Below are positions 1 through 11,392 of a stretch of 64,000 nucleotides of DNA, one piece after another; the first letter of the stretch is position 1; each line of letters begins with the position of its first letter. The stretch spans positions 46,810,001 through 46,874,000 of the forward strand of contig OZ024750.1 in assembly GCA_964016885.1 (NCBI GenBank), written 5' to 3'. A model generated the notes under the pieces. That model had not been told where the DNA came from. It was given only the letters and a program-made list of their open reading frames with translations, and made no database searches. The DNA is from Eledone cirrhosa (lineage: Eukaryota). The position numbers and the translations under genes are program-made.

Positions 1-343
1 CGCATGCGTTTGTGTCTGTGTATAGTGTTATGTGTGATGTGTGACTAGTGTGTATAGTGTTGTGTCTGCTGGGTGACTAGTGTGTGTTTATGTGCTTGTT
101 GTTATTGTGCTTGTGTATGTATTTATTTATCTTATTCTATTTTATTTTATTTACTTATTTATACTTCTCTTAGGTCAGTGTTGTTTGTTTGGGTGTTGTT
201 GTTGTTCCACTCATTCTTTCTGTTTAGCTTTGGTCTTCTGATTTCTATTTCACTGGCCTCTCTGATTTGCCTATCTGCTGGGTCATTCCTATGTTTAGAT
301 ATTATTCTAATTTCTATGTTGTCTATGTTACCGTCATGTTGTT
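1..343 (-). repeat. Inverted pseudo-LTR of Penelope-like element 1 (reverse complement of about 1311-1652; runs off the window start)
   Basis: 1-343 is the near-exact reverse complement of 1311-1652. The ORF track shows the same peptide at 73..384(+) and 1159..1581(-). Confidence 0.9.
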
Positions 344-415
344 ATCGATATCAATATAGTTATAAGAACACCCCCACTAGATAGCACTAACAAGTTTGAT
401 TTAGAACGTAGCACG

Positions 416-1495
416 ATGGAAAGCATCCAGCAGATAGCTAATTCCATACACCAGAGTATAACTGTAACTATCGACTTCCCTTCCAAACACCCTAACAATA
501 GACTACCTGTATTAGACACAGAACTCTGGATTAACACTATAGACGAGAGAGCCCAAATTCTCCACTCACACTATGCTAAACCCATGGCCTCCAAATACCT
601 GATACTCAAAAACTCAGCAATGTCCAGTAGTGCTAAGTTTAATATTCTGATCGCAGATTTGGTACGAGTGATGAAGAATGTGTCCAGCATGTGCGACCCA
701 ACTGAAATGGAAGGACACATCCAACACTTCATCAACCGCATGCAGTTCTCTGGCTACAACCAAAGAGACAGAGTCAGAGTATACGAAGGAGCCATGGAAA
801 AGTATAAGACCCTCATAGAACTGGACATGAAAGGAATTTGCCCACTATACAGGAGCAAATCATGGAATAGCTTAGATAGGGCTAGACATAAGATAGGGAA
901 GGCCACATCATGGTACGACAACCAGAGATATCAGAGTGTCATGTTTGTGGACGCCACCCCTGGAGGGAAATTAGCTAACCAGTGTAGAAAGGCCCTGAGA
1001 AAGACCCACTTAAAAATAAAGGTGGTAGAAAAGCCAGGAACCACCATAAAATCCCTGATCAGCAAAACCTACCCTTTTAAGAAAACCCACTGTACCAATA
1101 GGAAATGTATCATATGTAAGGTGAACCCCCGGATAAACTGTAAAACTAGAAACGTAGTCTATAGCATAAGATGTACAGAGGGTACTTGCAGAAACATGAC
1201 AACAACATACATAGGTGAGACAGCTCGTAGCATAGGTGAAAGGATAGACCAACACTGGGGGGAACTAAAAGGACGAAAAAACGGGTCAGTACTATACGAA
1301 CATGCTAGACAACAACATGACGGTAACATAGACAACATAGAAATTAGAATAATATCTAAACATAGGAATGACCCAGCAGATAGGCAAATCAGAGAGGCCA
1401 GTGAAATAGAAATTATAAGACCAAAGCTAAACAGAAAGAATGAGTGGAACAACAACAACACCCAAACAAACAACACTGACCTAAGAGAAGTATAA
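416..1495 (+). CDS. Partial Penelope-like RT-GIY-YIG polyprotein (RT N-terminus and catalytic YxDD lost to truncation)
   Basis: Uninterrupted 359-aa ORF with RT thumb and GIY-YIG motifs. The frame is open upstream to the inversion junction (IDINIVIR, probably the residues just after YVDD). Confidence 0.8.
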   Translation: MESIQQIANSIHQSITVTIDFPSKHPNNRLPVLDTELWINTIDERAQILHSHYAKPMASKYLILKNSAMSSSAKFNILIADLVRVMKNVSSMCDPTEMEGHIQHFINRMQFSGYNQRDRVRVYEGAMEKYKTLIELDMKGICPLYRSKSWNSLDRARHKIGKATSWYDNQRYQSVMFVDATPGGKLANQCRKALRKTHLKIKVVEKPGTTIKSLISKTYPFKKTHCTNRKCIICKVNPRINCKTRNVVYSIRCTEGTCRNMTTTYIGETARSIGERIDQHWGELKGRKNGSVLYEHARQQHDGNIDNIEIRIISKHRNDPADRQIREASEIEIIRPKLNRKNEWNNNNTQTNNTDLREV

Positions 1496-1774
1496 ATAAG
1501 TAAATAAAATAAAATAGAATAAGATAAATAAATACATACACACGCACAATAACAACAGGCACATAAACACACACTAGTCACCCAGCAGACACAACACTAT
1601 ACACACTAGTCACACATCACACATAACACTATACACAGACGCAAACGCATGCGCAAAGAAGACAAAATAAAATAAGATAAACAAACAAGCAAATAAATAA
1701 AGAAATATATAGACAGACTGAATAAAAAATGGCGTAGACATACGACACAACAGGAGGAACAATGAATATAACAC

Positions 1775-1812
1775 CACTGACGATGTTGCAGATGTGCAAC
1801 GAAAGATTTATG
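1775..1812 (+). ncRNA. Minimal type I hammerhead ribozyme motif in the PLE1 pLTR (weak stem I)
   Basis: CTGACGA-t-GTTGCA gatg TGCAAC-GAAA-GATT-TA. Same layout as the HHR at 31096-31140. Confidence 0.6.
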
Positions 1813-2018
1813 TAAATTATGTAAACTATATATATGTGTTTGTGTCTATATTGTATCTGTATTATTTTTGACCGCCGGTCAGTCAATGGCAACATTGAGG
1901 ACCGAGTAAGTTAGATCGCAGCTATAAAAGACAGCGAGAAGCGAAAACCCACCAAACAGTGAGTGTGTTCTGTTATTAATTCTGGCAATATTACGCAAAT
2001 ATGACCCTCCCCAAATAT

Positions 2019-2072
<54 letters not shown>

Positions 2073-2076
<4 letters not shown>

Positions 2077-2475
2077 CAATGATATTAATAAATGGAAACT
2101 ATATTTATGAAACGATATTTATTCTATTATATATATTTCAAGGGTACCAAAACTTTGGTACGCTCTCATCAGAAAAAAATACAAAAGTTGTTTTAAAAAT
2201 AGTGACATACCCAGGATTCGGACCTTCATGGTTCAATTTCCCTTAAGGTCCGATTCCTGGGCATGTCACTATTTATAAAACAATTTTTGTATTTTATCTC
2301 ATGAGAGCGTACTAAAGTTTTGGTGCCCTTGAAATATATATTATAGAATAAATATGGTTTTATAAATATAGTCTCCATTTATTAATATCATTGATATTAT
2401 ACTCCAGAAAAACTGCCGAGCGCTTCGAATCTGTTATAAATATAATTGTTGAATTACCAACAAATTTAATATATA
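2073..2475. mobile_element. Family A fold-back mini-element (about 325 bp palindrome at 2073-2397 with one HHR motif per arm)
   Basis: Arms 2073-2227 and 2246-2397 are reverse complements. Related copies lie at 4543-4812, 34955-35086 and 26181-26270. Confidence 0.8.
2120..2181 (-). ncRNA. Type I hammerhead ribozyme, family A, intact core
   Basis: Minus strand: tattttttt CTGATGA gag-c-gtaccaaa gt tttggtac-c-ctt GAAA tatata TA atagaata. Stem III is palindromic (ATATATAT). Confidence 0.75.
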
Positions 2476-2668
2476 TATGTATATATATGTTTCGTTGCTG
2501 TGGTAATGCGGCTGGAATGCCGATCGCTATATTTGATTTCCTAAGCTGTCTAAACGTGTTGTTATTACTCTGGGGTACTATCCCCATCCGAGTGATAAAG
2601 CTACATACCGAATTTGCATTCGTTAGCTTGGCCGGAAACTAAAGCTTCGTTTATGGTGTACTAACATT

Positions 2669-2745
<77 letters not shown>

Positions 2746-2756
2746 ATATAAATAAG

Positions 2757-2797
<41 letters not shown>

Positions 2798-2803
2798 TTA
2801 TTA

Positions 2804-2863
<60 letters not shown>

Positions 2864-2864
2864 T

Positions 2865-2904
<40 letters not shown>

Positions 2905-3332
2905 AGTGTGTGTTTACGTGTGTGTGTGTGTGCGTGAACATTATACTGCATACGAAGGCATATACAATATGTTCATATAAAATATTAATTTATATGTCTG
3001 GCTCTATAAATTTTATATTCGGATCATGTCTTACATATCACTGTAGAAATATGAGAATGCCACACATGAATATGTACATTTTCCTACGTCATCTGTGATG
3101 TTTACTCATTCGGTACAGATACAACAGCTTATATATATGTTTAGTGCAAACTGCAGGGGCCAGGATTAATTAGGAGTAGTAAAAACTGATCTCGGTTAAC
3201 AATATTGATGTATGGTAGACATCTATCTACATGTTTACTTAATCTCCCTACATGCCTGTCTGTCTACATACCTACTTACTTACATACGCATCTGCCTACA
3301 CACACACACCTGCCTACACACACACACGCACC

Positions 3333-3373
<41 letters not shown>

Positions 3374-3531
3374 ACACACACACACACGCGTATACAGAGA
3401 GAGAGAGAGAGAGAGAGATTGAGATAGAGATAGAGAGAGAGAGAGAGAGAGATGTGTGTACCGAGGAGGTTCAGTCGGGGCTAACCACTGTAAGTAACCT
3501 ACTCAATACATATCAGTGTATAAATATTTAA

Positions 3532-3620
3532 TACAGGACTAGAACTGTTTCATTCTAAGGAAATCATTAGGAAAGGCTTTCCCGATGATTTCCTTCTAAT
3601 GAAACAGTTCTAGTCCTGTA
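3532..3620. repeat. 89-bp imperfect palindrome with degenerate hammerhead motifs
   Basis: tacaggactagaactgtttcatt...aatgaaacagttctagtcctgta, centred at 3576. Cores read CCGATGA (+) and CTAATGA (-), each followed by GAAAC...GTC. Confidence 0.7.
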
Positions 3621-3662
3621 GAAGCCATTTCCATATTAAATATATATACATATATTTATACA

Positions 3663-3763
<101 letters not shown>

Positions 3764-4542
3764 GTGTGTGTTGGAAGATATAAGTAGACAGATGGAAATA
3801 TAGACAGGGAGGTATATATATATATAATAAGTTGACGAGACTAGCATGGGTTTCACTGCTTGTACCGGTTACACCTCAGCGTACTCAATAGATAATGTTA
3901 AATAAACTCTCAGAATAGACACAGTTATTCACTTTAACAGAACACCCATAAATGTGTACCTTGAATCTCTAACCATACTCGAGTTTCGGCCCCACTTAAC
4001 TCAGCAATCTACTGTCTGCATTTATGATTCAACAATGCACAATCGGCGCGTGTGGCTACATCAGCGGTTTCGCCTAATCAATAATCAGTTGAGCGTCAGA
4101 ATTCGATTCCAGTCCCTGTCGGCTATGACAGTTAAACATTCACAACTGAAATCCCTACGCATCATCGCAATGCGGTCAGTCGATTGACCATTGATTCAGA
4201 AATTTACGTGACGGCAGGAGATGAACATTCAGATAGTTCCGCCTCTGCCATAAGCTCTCAGCCAACATGTCTCAGACACAAATTAACCAGCCAGTGGAAT
4301 ACGGCTTTTAATATATCCATCTCCTATTGTTCTACAATATAATGTTAGCATTCGCCTCTAGTCTGCATGGCGAGAAATAGTGCGACAGTAACAATGGTAG
4401 TACCTAAAATCTTTCCGGACATTAAATGCCAACAGGCGATTAGACAGCGATATAGAGTTAGCGAGCTGGTTAGAATTCGAATTCTAGATATTTCGACCAC
4501 CCAAGTGCTTAACCGGTCAATTTGATATATATATATATATAT

Positions 4543-4812
4543 ACTATCCAGGAAAAACGTGAACCGTTAAGATCTTCTTCCTGGATATGTCAATATTTAA
4601 AAACAAACTTTCTATTTTATCTGATAAGAGTGTAGCAAACTTTTGGTACCCTTGAAATATATATAATAGAATAAATATGGTTTTATAAATATAGTCTCCA
4701 TTTATTTAATATCATTGAATATTATACTCCAGAAAACTTGTCGAGTGCTTCGAATCAGTTATAAACATTTATATTTGTTGAATTATCAACAAATTAAATA
4801 TCCCTTTTGCTT
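4543..4812 (+). mobile_element. Family A mini-element with mutated HHR core (CTGATAA)
   Basis: Closely matches 2250-2470 and is flanked on both sides by (TA)n. Confidence 0.75.
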
Positions 4813-4858
4813 ATATATATATATATATATATATAATGTATAAAATCAATACAATATT

Positions 4859-4936
4859 ATTACCTCATTACCAGAGGTTTCCCGAATGAGGCGAATACGA
4901 AATAAACGACTTCATTCGTTCGTCAGACGAGGCAAT
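4859..4936 (-). ncRNA. Type I hammerhead ribozyme in the inverted pLTR (core CTGACGA)
   Basis: Reverse complement of 9033-9110, with a change only at the variable core position 7. Confidence 0.85.
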
Positions 4937-5597
4937 ATAAAACATGGGCAAATACTTAGAAAAACACATCAAGAAAATCAAAAAAATATATAGATAAATG
5001 AAATAGAAATTGAAATATATAAAAATCTGTCAAGAAAAATAGTCAGGTGTGTGTATGTGTATGTATATACGCTCATAGATGTGCATATATGTATATGTGC
5101 ACGTGTAAATGTATGGTTAGAAAGTGTGCGTAATTATAAAAATTTAGGGCAAATGTATCTATATGTCTGTATTATGCAGACGGAAATGGTTACTTCGTAA
5201 AAATAAGAAAATAAAGTCGCGCGCATAAAAACGCCTGGACACTCGTACATTTAGATGCGGAAAGAAAGGAGATGAAGAGAGTATAATAAATAAAAGAAAA
5301 GTATCGATTACGATATATTTATAAAAATATAGTAACGATAAATTAGAAAGACAAGATAGAAAGAAAAAATTAAAGAAAACAAAAAAAGCGGGGGTACATA
5401 CATACACAGACACGCGTGTCTCACAAAAGAAATGTAAAAATAATGTTTTTTACCATGTTTCTAACTGAAATTTCAATACTTATAAAACTCCCAAGGGAAT
5501 GATCGTAGCATATTGTACATCGTTATGAGATTGGCACCTTCCAGCCCTTTTTAAGTCGAGCACTCTCTAGTCATAGGATTTTAAACCAATACCGAAT

Positions 5598-7738
5598 ATG
5601 GACAAATACCCTTTGGACTACTCTGTAAAGAATATCCCAACACCTTCTAATACTCTCTACACGAAAATACTGATAGACAAAGTAGAGAAGGTTGTTAAAA
5701 GAATGAGATGGAAAGCTTTGATTCTCGATGGTCAATTTAACACGGATTCTACGGAACATTTTGACATCAAAACTCACAAATACCCGCAAAGCGTAAAAGA
5801 TATGACCGCCTTTGAATTAGATCTAGTTAACCTTATCAACAACATCAATTTTCGTAAGTACTCTAACCCCTTTCAATCCAAATTATCTAATGATATTTCT
5901 ACTTTCAAATCTTCTAATAATAAGTTCATCTTCTCAGATAAAACTAAAAACCTATATGAAGTTAATAATAATTTACACGACCAAGTATTAATAGATAATG
6001 TCACCTCTAAATACCAAATAGCTAATATAAATACGTACCATAATATAAATAAGGAAGCTAAAGAATTAGCTTTTTCCTTAAAAATAGATAATAGGACAGA
6101 AAAACTTGCTAAACGTTCTGCGTATATCACCCTTAAAGATCATAAACCCGACTTTATTAATCGCCCTAGTTGTAGATTAATCAACCCTGCTAAGACTGAT
6201 ATTGGTCTTGCCAGTAAAAAAATTTTAAATAAATTAAATACACACATTAGAAACAAGTCTAAATTACTCCAATGGATAAATAGCTCTTCCGTAGTACATT
6301 GGTTTAATAATATTAAAAACAAAATCAGTTCTAGATTCACCCAATTCGATATCGTAGATTTCTACCCATCTATTACTCAGACCCTTTTAATGAAAGCTTT
6401 AAATTTCGCTAGAGGGTTCACTAATATCTCCGATATTGAAGAGGACGTAATCTTGCATGCTAGGAATACTCTACTTTTTAATGATAATGACACTTGGGTA
6501 AAACTATCTAACCCAGAGAACCCATTCGATGTCTCAATGGGCTCTTATGACAGGGCCGAGGTTTGTGATCTGGTCGGCCTATTCCTCTTACATACACTTA
6601 AAGAAAAATTTCCTAACCATATTTTTGGGCTTTATCGCAATGATGGTCTAATACTTTCCCATACCACCATAGGCCATAACTTAGATAGATTAAGGAAAGA
6701 CTTAATAAAAACCTTTGCTAGTTTAAATCTTAAAATTACTATTGATACTAACCTTTCCAACGTAGATTTCCTAGATATAAACTTAGATTTGCCTACTGCT
6801 TCTTATAAACCATACCATAAACCTAATGAAAACTTAAAATATATAAATAAAGGATCTTGCCATCCACCTATAGTTTTTAAAAACCTTATCCCTAATATTA
6901 GCCGTAGGATCTCCACCCTCTCTTCATCAGAAGCTATTTTCAATAAGGCATCCCCCTACTATAATAAAGCCCTCCAAAATAGCGGCTTTAGCTAACCGAT
7001 TAAATACATACCTAACTACACTAACTCTATTAAATATAAAAATAGGAAAAGAAAAATAATCTGGTTCACACCCCCCTACTCTCTAGCAGTTAAAACTAAT
7101 GTAGGCAAACAATTCCTAGAACTTCTAGATAAACATTTCCCTAGAACACATAGATACTATAAGATCTTTAACAGAAACTGTGTTAAAATTAGCTATTCCT
7201 GCGGTCCCCCTATTAAGTCCTATATCCTCAACAAAACATCACCTAGAGAAAATCAAACTTGCTCCTGTAGAATCAAAAGTGAATGCCCATTACAAGGTAA
7301 ATGCAACACCAAAAGCCATTGTATATGCGGCTAATGTGACAACTATCAGCAACAACCATCCAGTCACCAGTGAACGATATGTGGGTATGACGCAAGACGA
7401 ATTCAAAACGCGTTATTACTCACATGTCGCATCCTTCCGACATCCAGAAAAAAAGATTTACAACAGTTCTGGCTAGCAGAATCTGGGATTTGAAAGACCA
7501 AGGCATCCAATATAAACTAGATTGGTCAATTTTGAACCAATCTAAAAAATATGCTAGAGGAACAAGAAAATGCACGCTCTGCATAAATGAAAAATTTTGG
7601 ATATTGCAAAATCTCAAATCACCAAAGACCTGCCTGAACACAAAGACGGAAATTTTTACCAGTTGCCCACACATGAAATCACACCTGCTTTCCAGCTCAT
7701 ATAAACTTAACACACTTTCAGACACTTATCCTCCATAA
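5598..7738 (+). pseudogene. Penelope-like RT + GIY-YIG polyprotein, inactivated
   Basis: Motifs KDHK..CRLINPAK, FDIVDFYPSI, MGSYDRAEVC, GLYRNDGL (YRDD changed to YRND) and VDFLDI. After an in-frame TAA at 6993-6995 the frame continues RKRKIIWFTPPYS...CSCRIKSECPLQGKC. Frameshifts near 7312 and 7450 lead to IVYAA..YVGMT..FKTRY and CTLCINEK..LN. Confidence 0.9.
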
Positions 7739-8168
7739 ACTCTGATTATTCTCTTTTTAATTACCCTTTCTGACGTACTTTCATTCTTATCCTTGTCGAT
7801 AATTTCATTTATTTTCACTTTTATTTATTTTTTTATTTATTTTTACTTCACCCCCCCCCCTTTATTCTCCGATCCACTTCCTATTTTCTATTTTTTACTT
7901 CCCCTTCTTTTACTTCCCTTTTTCCTCTACTAACTGATTATACTTGTCTTTTGTGTTTTTCAATCCAGATATATTTTTCATTTTTATTTTTATTTATTTA
8001 TTTATTTATTTATTTATTTTTTTATTTTTTTTTTGCGCAGCCTATCTTACAATTTTATATTTGTATTTATTTATCCACATTTCAATATGGCTGAACGCCT
8101 TAAAGTGTGTATATTTTTTTTATATATGTACATGAGTGACTACGTATGTGCGCGCGCGTGCGTGCATG

Positions 8169-8229
<61 letters not shown>

Positions 8230-9032
8230 GTGTATGTATGCGTGTGTGTACTGGTGTCTGTGTGTGTGCGTGTGTGTATATTATGCGTATGTGTAAGTGT
8301 CTTTATATCCGCGTTTTTGACATTTCGGTTTTATATATTTTTTTGTTTCTTCTTTTTTCTTTTTTCTTTTTTCTTCTCCCCCCCCCCCCTTCCCTCTTTT
8401 GTTACTTACCCAGTTTCATACATGGGCATGCAAACAGGTTTATATGCGCGAGTATAAATATGTGTGTGTGTGTATGTACGTATCGAACGTATGGAAGTGT
8501 AAGCGCGCGTGTGTATATAAGCATAATTATTTTTACATTTCTTTTGTGAGACACGCGTGTTGTGTATGTATGTACCCCCGATTTTTTTGTTTTCTTTAAT
8601 TTTTTCTTTCTATCTTGTCTTTCTAATTTATCGTTACTATATTTTTATAAATATATCGTAATCGATACTTTTCTTTTATTTATTATACTCTCTTCATCTC
8701 CTTTCTTTCCGCATCTAAATGTACGAGTGTCCAGGCGTGTTTATGCGCGCGACTTTATTTTCTTATTTTTACGAAGTAACCATTTCCGTCTGCATAATAC
8801 AGACATATAGATACATTTGCCCTAAATTTTTATAATTACGCACACTTTCTAACCATACATTTACACGTGCACATATACATATATGCACATCTATGAGCGT
8901 ATATACATACACATACACACACCTAACTATTTTTCTTGATAGATTTTTATATATTTCAATTTCTATTTCATTTATCTATATATTTTTTTGATTTTATTGA
9001 TGTGTTTTTCTAAGTATTTGCCCATGTTTTAT

Positions 9033-9110
9033 ATTGCCTCGTCTGATGAACGAATGAAGTCGTTTATTTCGTATTCGCCTCATTCGGGAAACCTCTGGTA
9101 ATGAGGTAAT
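9033..9110 (+). ncRNA. Type I hammerhead ribozyme in the PLE2 pLTR, intact
   Basis: Stem I attgcctcgt/atgaggtaat (10 bp, 2 G-U); CTGATGA 9043-9049; stem II cgaatga/tcattcg; GAAA 9088-9091; stem III ACC-tct-GGT; predicted GUA cleavage after 9100. Confidence 0.88.
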
Positions 9111-9210
9111 AATATTGTATTGATTTTATACATAAAATTTTGCTCTGATACTGACATAGAGCACTCTTCATTTCTATGACCTTTTCTGTTTCTAACTGAA
9201 ATTTCAATAG

Positions 9211-9261
<51 letters not shown>

Positions 9262-9264
<3 letters not shown>

Positions 9265-9400
9265 TTGGGGAGGGTCATATTTTTGTAATAATATTGCCAG
9301 AATAAATAACAGAACAAACTCACTGTTTCGTTGGTTTTCGCTTCTGTGTCTTTTATATCGGTTAATTTAATTTATTCGGTCCTCAATGTTACCATTGACT
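9262..9400 (-). mobile_element. Solo tail fragment of the PLE1 family
   Basis: Reverse-complement match to 1880-2020, ending atgaccctcccaagtata and running into (TA)n. Confidence 0.75.
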
Positions 9401-9425
9401 GAAAACTATATATATATATATATAT

Positions 9426-9617
9426 ATAGGAGTAAGTAAGACCCCGACGGCTGAGCTCAAGCCGTTTCGACGGCTAATTCTGTACAGAATTAGCCGTCGA
9501 AACGGCTTGAGCTCAGCCGTCGGGGTCTTACTTACTCCTATTACCCACTCTACTACCCTAAGTATTGAGTACTTTGGTGCGTTATGGTCCACCTGGTTCC
9601 TTACCACTTTTCCCTCG

Positions 9618-9618
<1 letters not shown>
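9426..9618 (+). mobile_element. Family C mini-element: perfect 116-bp palindrome (9426-9541) plus a unique tail; carries the 3' half of a hammerhead
   Basis: Arms are exact reverse complements centred at 9483/9484, with GAAACGGCT-tgagctc-AGCCGTC. Related copies lie at 15268-15457, 25968-26162, 46535-46672 and 59603-59665. Confidence 0.85.
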
Positions 9619-9667
<49 letters not shown>

Positions 9668-10434
9668 CTGCCTACTGGCGCATCATCTTTCAAAATAGCC
9701 TAATTGTCATCCAGCCGCTCCAACGCTTATTTTTTTTTATACTTATGTATACATAAATGTATTAAAGCCTTCACCTACGCTCTAAGCCTATTCAGACTAA
9801 AATCTTTACATATATTTAGCTTATATTTAGTTTTGCTCATATATAATTTATTCACATAGCATAAACATTTATGCCGTTCTCATGAACTGATTATACATAT
9901 CATACTATCTCATTTTATGCAATTTTAATCGTTGAATCTGTGTAATATAATCGTTCAAGATTAAATCAAATTCACTTTTGACCCTACCACCACTATTCCT
10001 CTCTCTCTCTTTTATTTTGTCTCTCACTCTCTGTCTCATGTCATGTCTCTTTCATTTTCGATCTCAATTTCTCTCTCGCACTCTCTCTTATTTTATCTCT
10101 CAGTCTCTCTCACATTCCCACTCTCTCTAACGTATACCCAATCAACCACGCCACCAAAAATAAAACGCATACGCACTTTGACCAACATTATATAGGGGAC
10201 CTACTTAAATGTAATAAGTATTTTTATTTTACATTTTAATTGATCTAAAGTCACATTTTATGGTCCCGTAACTCCTGAAAGCCTCGTAGGGGTGCCGTAT
10301 TGACATACGGCGTTTCTTGGACATTTTAAGCCAAGCGGAGCCCATCCCTCGCCACACTTGAGTACAGCCGATTTCTTCCAGAGAACGATGAAAAGTGAGA
10401 TAGACGAAAGGAGAAATAGATATAAAGGCACAAT

Positions 10435-10575
10435 CAACTAGACTGGTACTTTTTTTATCGACATCGAAAGGATGAAAGGCAAAGTTGACTAGGGTGGTAT
10501 TTGAACTCAGAGAGTTGGAATGAATTCCATAAACATTCTATTCGACGTCCTAATGACTCTGTCAATTTACTGCCT
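10435..10575 (-). mobile_element. tRNA-derived SINE, abundant family with Meta-like central domain
   Basis: ctggtact..tttatcgac..aaggatgaaaggcaaagttgac..tttgaactcaga motif (B-box-like gagttcaaa on the minus strand), repeated more than 12 times in the window. Confidence 0.7.
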
Positions 10576-10868
10576 ATAAATCCACATTACTAAATTCATA
10601 TCTTAGAATTCAAAGTCTAGGAATTATTTTCATGTGTACATTTCTCTGGCAGCCTGAGTTAGTTCAACATCTATTTTGACGAATGACTTATTATTTAATT
10701 ATTCGAGAACTGAATTATATTTTATTCTGTAACAGTCAATATTCTTTTTACAATGCACACACACATACACTCATACCAAAACATACATACGGGTACACAT
10801 ATATTCATATATATAATGGGGAGCTTCAGAACAATAAATGAGATAAAAAATAAGATAGATTTACGTAC

Positions 10869-11066
10869 CTTTTCGATAAGTTCTCTCACCATCCCATTCC
10901 AATCACCAGTTTTATCATTTGGTGCACCGTATGTGCCATCTTTGACAATGTAAACGGTGTAGTCAAATTTTAGTTTCTTTGCAATTTCTCGTAATAAATC
11001 AATTGCAAATCCTTGATAAGTTTTCTTGCCACTCTCTTCTTCCTTAAGCATGGCATAAGGGGGTTC
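10869..11066 (-). CDS. Ionotropic glutamate receptor (kainate-like) exon encoding ligand-binding S1, 198 nt, phase 0/0
   Basis: EPPYAMLKEEESGKKTYQGFAIDLLREIAKKLKFDYTVYIVKDGTYGAPNDKTGDWNGMVRELIEK. Acceptor tttttacAG and donor GTacgt. Contains the iGluR S1 signature G..IDLL...DG.YG....WNGMVRELI. Confidence 0.95.
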
Positions 11067-11188
11067 CTGTAAAAAGAACAATTGTAGATATAACATCATT
11101 ATAAGTATAAAGTACCAGTAATACACTGCATTTTACTGGCCTTGTGCCAAAAGTAGAAACAATTATAAGTACAACGATTTCTGGTATA

Positions 11189-11392
11189 GACACAAGGCCA
11201 GTAATTCGGACAGAGTGGAATGTCGATTAAATCGACCCCAGTTCATTACTGGTGCTTTATTTTATCGAGCCCGTAAGGATGAAAGGCAAAGTGAACCTAG
11301 GAGGGGTTTGAACTCATACCGTAAAGGGATGCAACTCTATGCTGCAAAGTATGGTGTCCGACTCTCTACCGATACTGCCAATCCATCGCCCT
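11189..11392 (-). mobile_element. tRNA-derived SINE, abundant family
   Basis: Full head-to-tail match to the window's main SINE family. Confidence 0.8.

Larger units (their letters stand above)
344..2026 (+). mobile_element. 5'-truncated Penelope-like retroelement 1: RT C-terminal part, GIY-YIG endonuclease, then pLTR/tail
   Basis: Open frame from about 344 to 1495. It has the RT palm/thumb motif DFPSKHPNNRLPVLD, a Cys-rich linker (C..C..C..NC), GIY-YIG motifs VVYSIRC / YIGETARS..ER..H and R..RE...I...RPKLN. A tail with a hammerhead-like motif follows and ends in (TA)n. Confidence 0.9.
4836..9212 (+). mobile_element. Near full-length Penelope-like retroelement 2 with inverted about 609-bp pLTR arms
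   Basis: Disrupted RT-GIY-YIG frame at 5598-7738. 4836-5444 is the reverse complement of 8526-9133. A 23-bp direct repeat (tgtttctaactgaaatttcaata) occurs at 5456-5478 and 9187-9209. (TA)n flanks both ends. Confidence 0.92.

Noticed and set aside
73-384. 103-aa hydrophobic ORF and its twin at 1159-1581(-)
   Set aside because: Antisense reading of the PLE1 3' region and its inverted copy.
6993-6995. In-frame stop in PLE2 as possible selenocysteine or readthrough recoding
   Set aside because: The codon is TAA, not TGA, and it comes with frameshifts and a YRND lesion, so ordinary decay is the simpler reading.
4836-9133. 609-bp inverted arms as DNA-transposon TIRs
   Set aside because: The enclosed ORF is RT + GIY-YIG, the arms contain hammerheads, and the right side extends past the arm into a direct repeat, which fits an inverted Penelope pLTR.
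9426-9541. Palindromic repeats as a CRISPR array or prokaryotic terminators/REP elements
   Set aside because: Eukaryotic intronic context, dispersed copies, and no repeat-spacer periodicity or cas genes.
10722-11126. ORF-track N- and C-terminal extensions of the iGluR exon
   Set aside because: These are intronic; the splice sites delimit 10869-11066.
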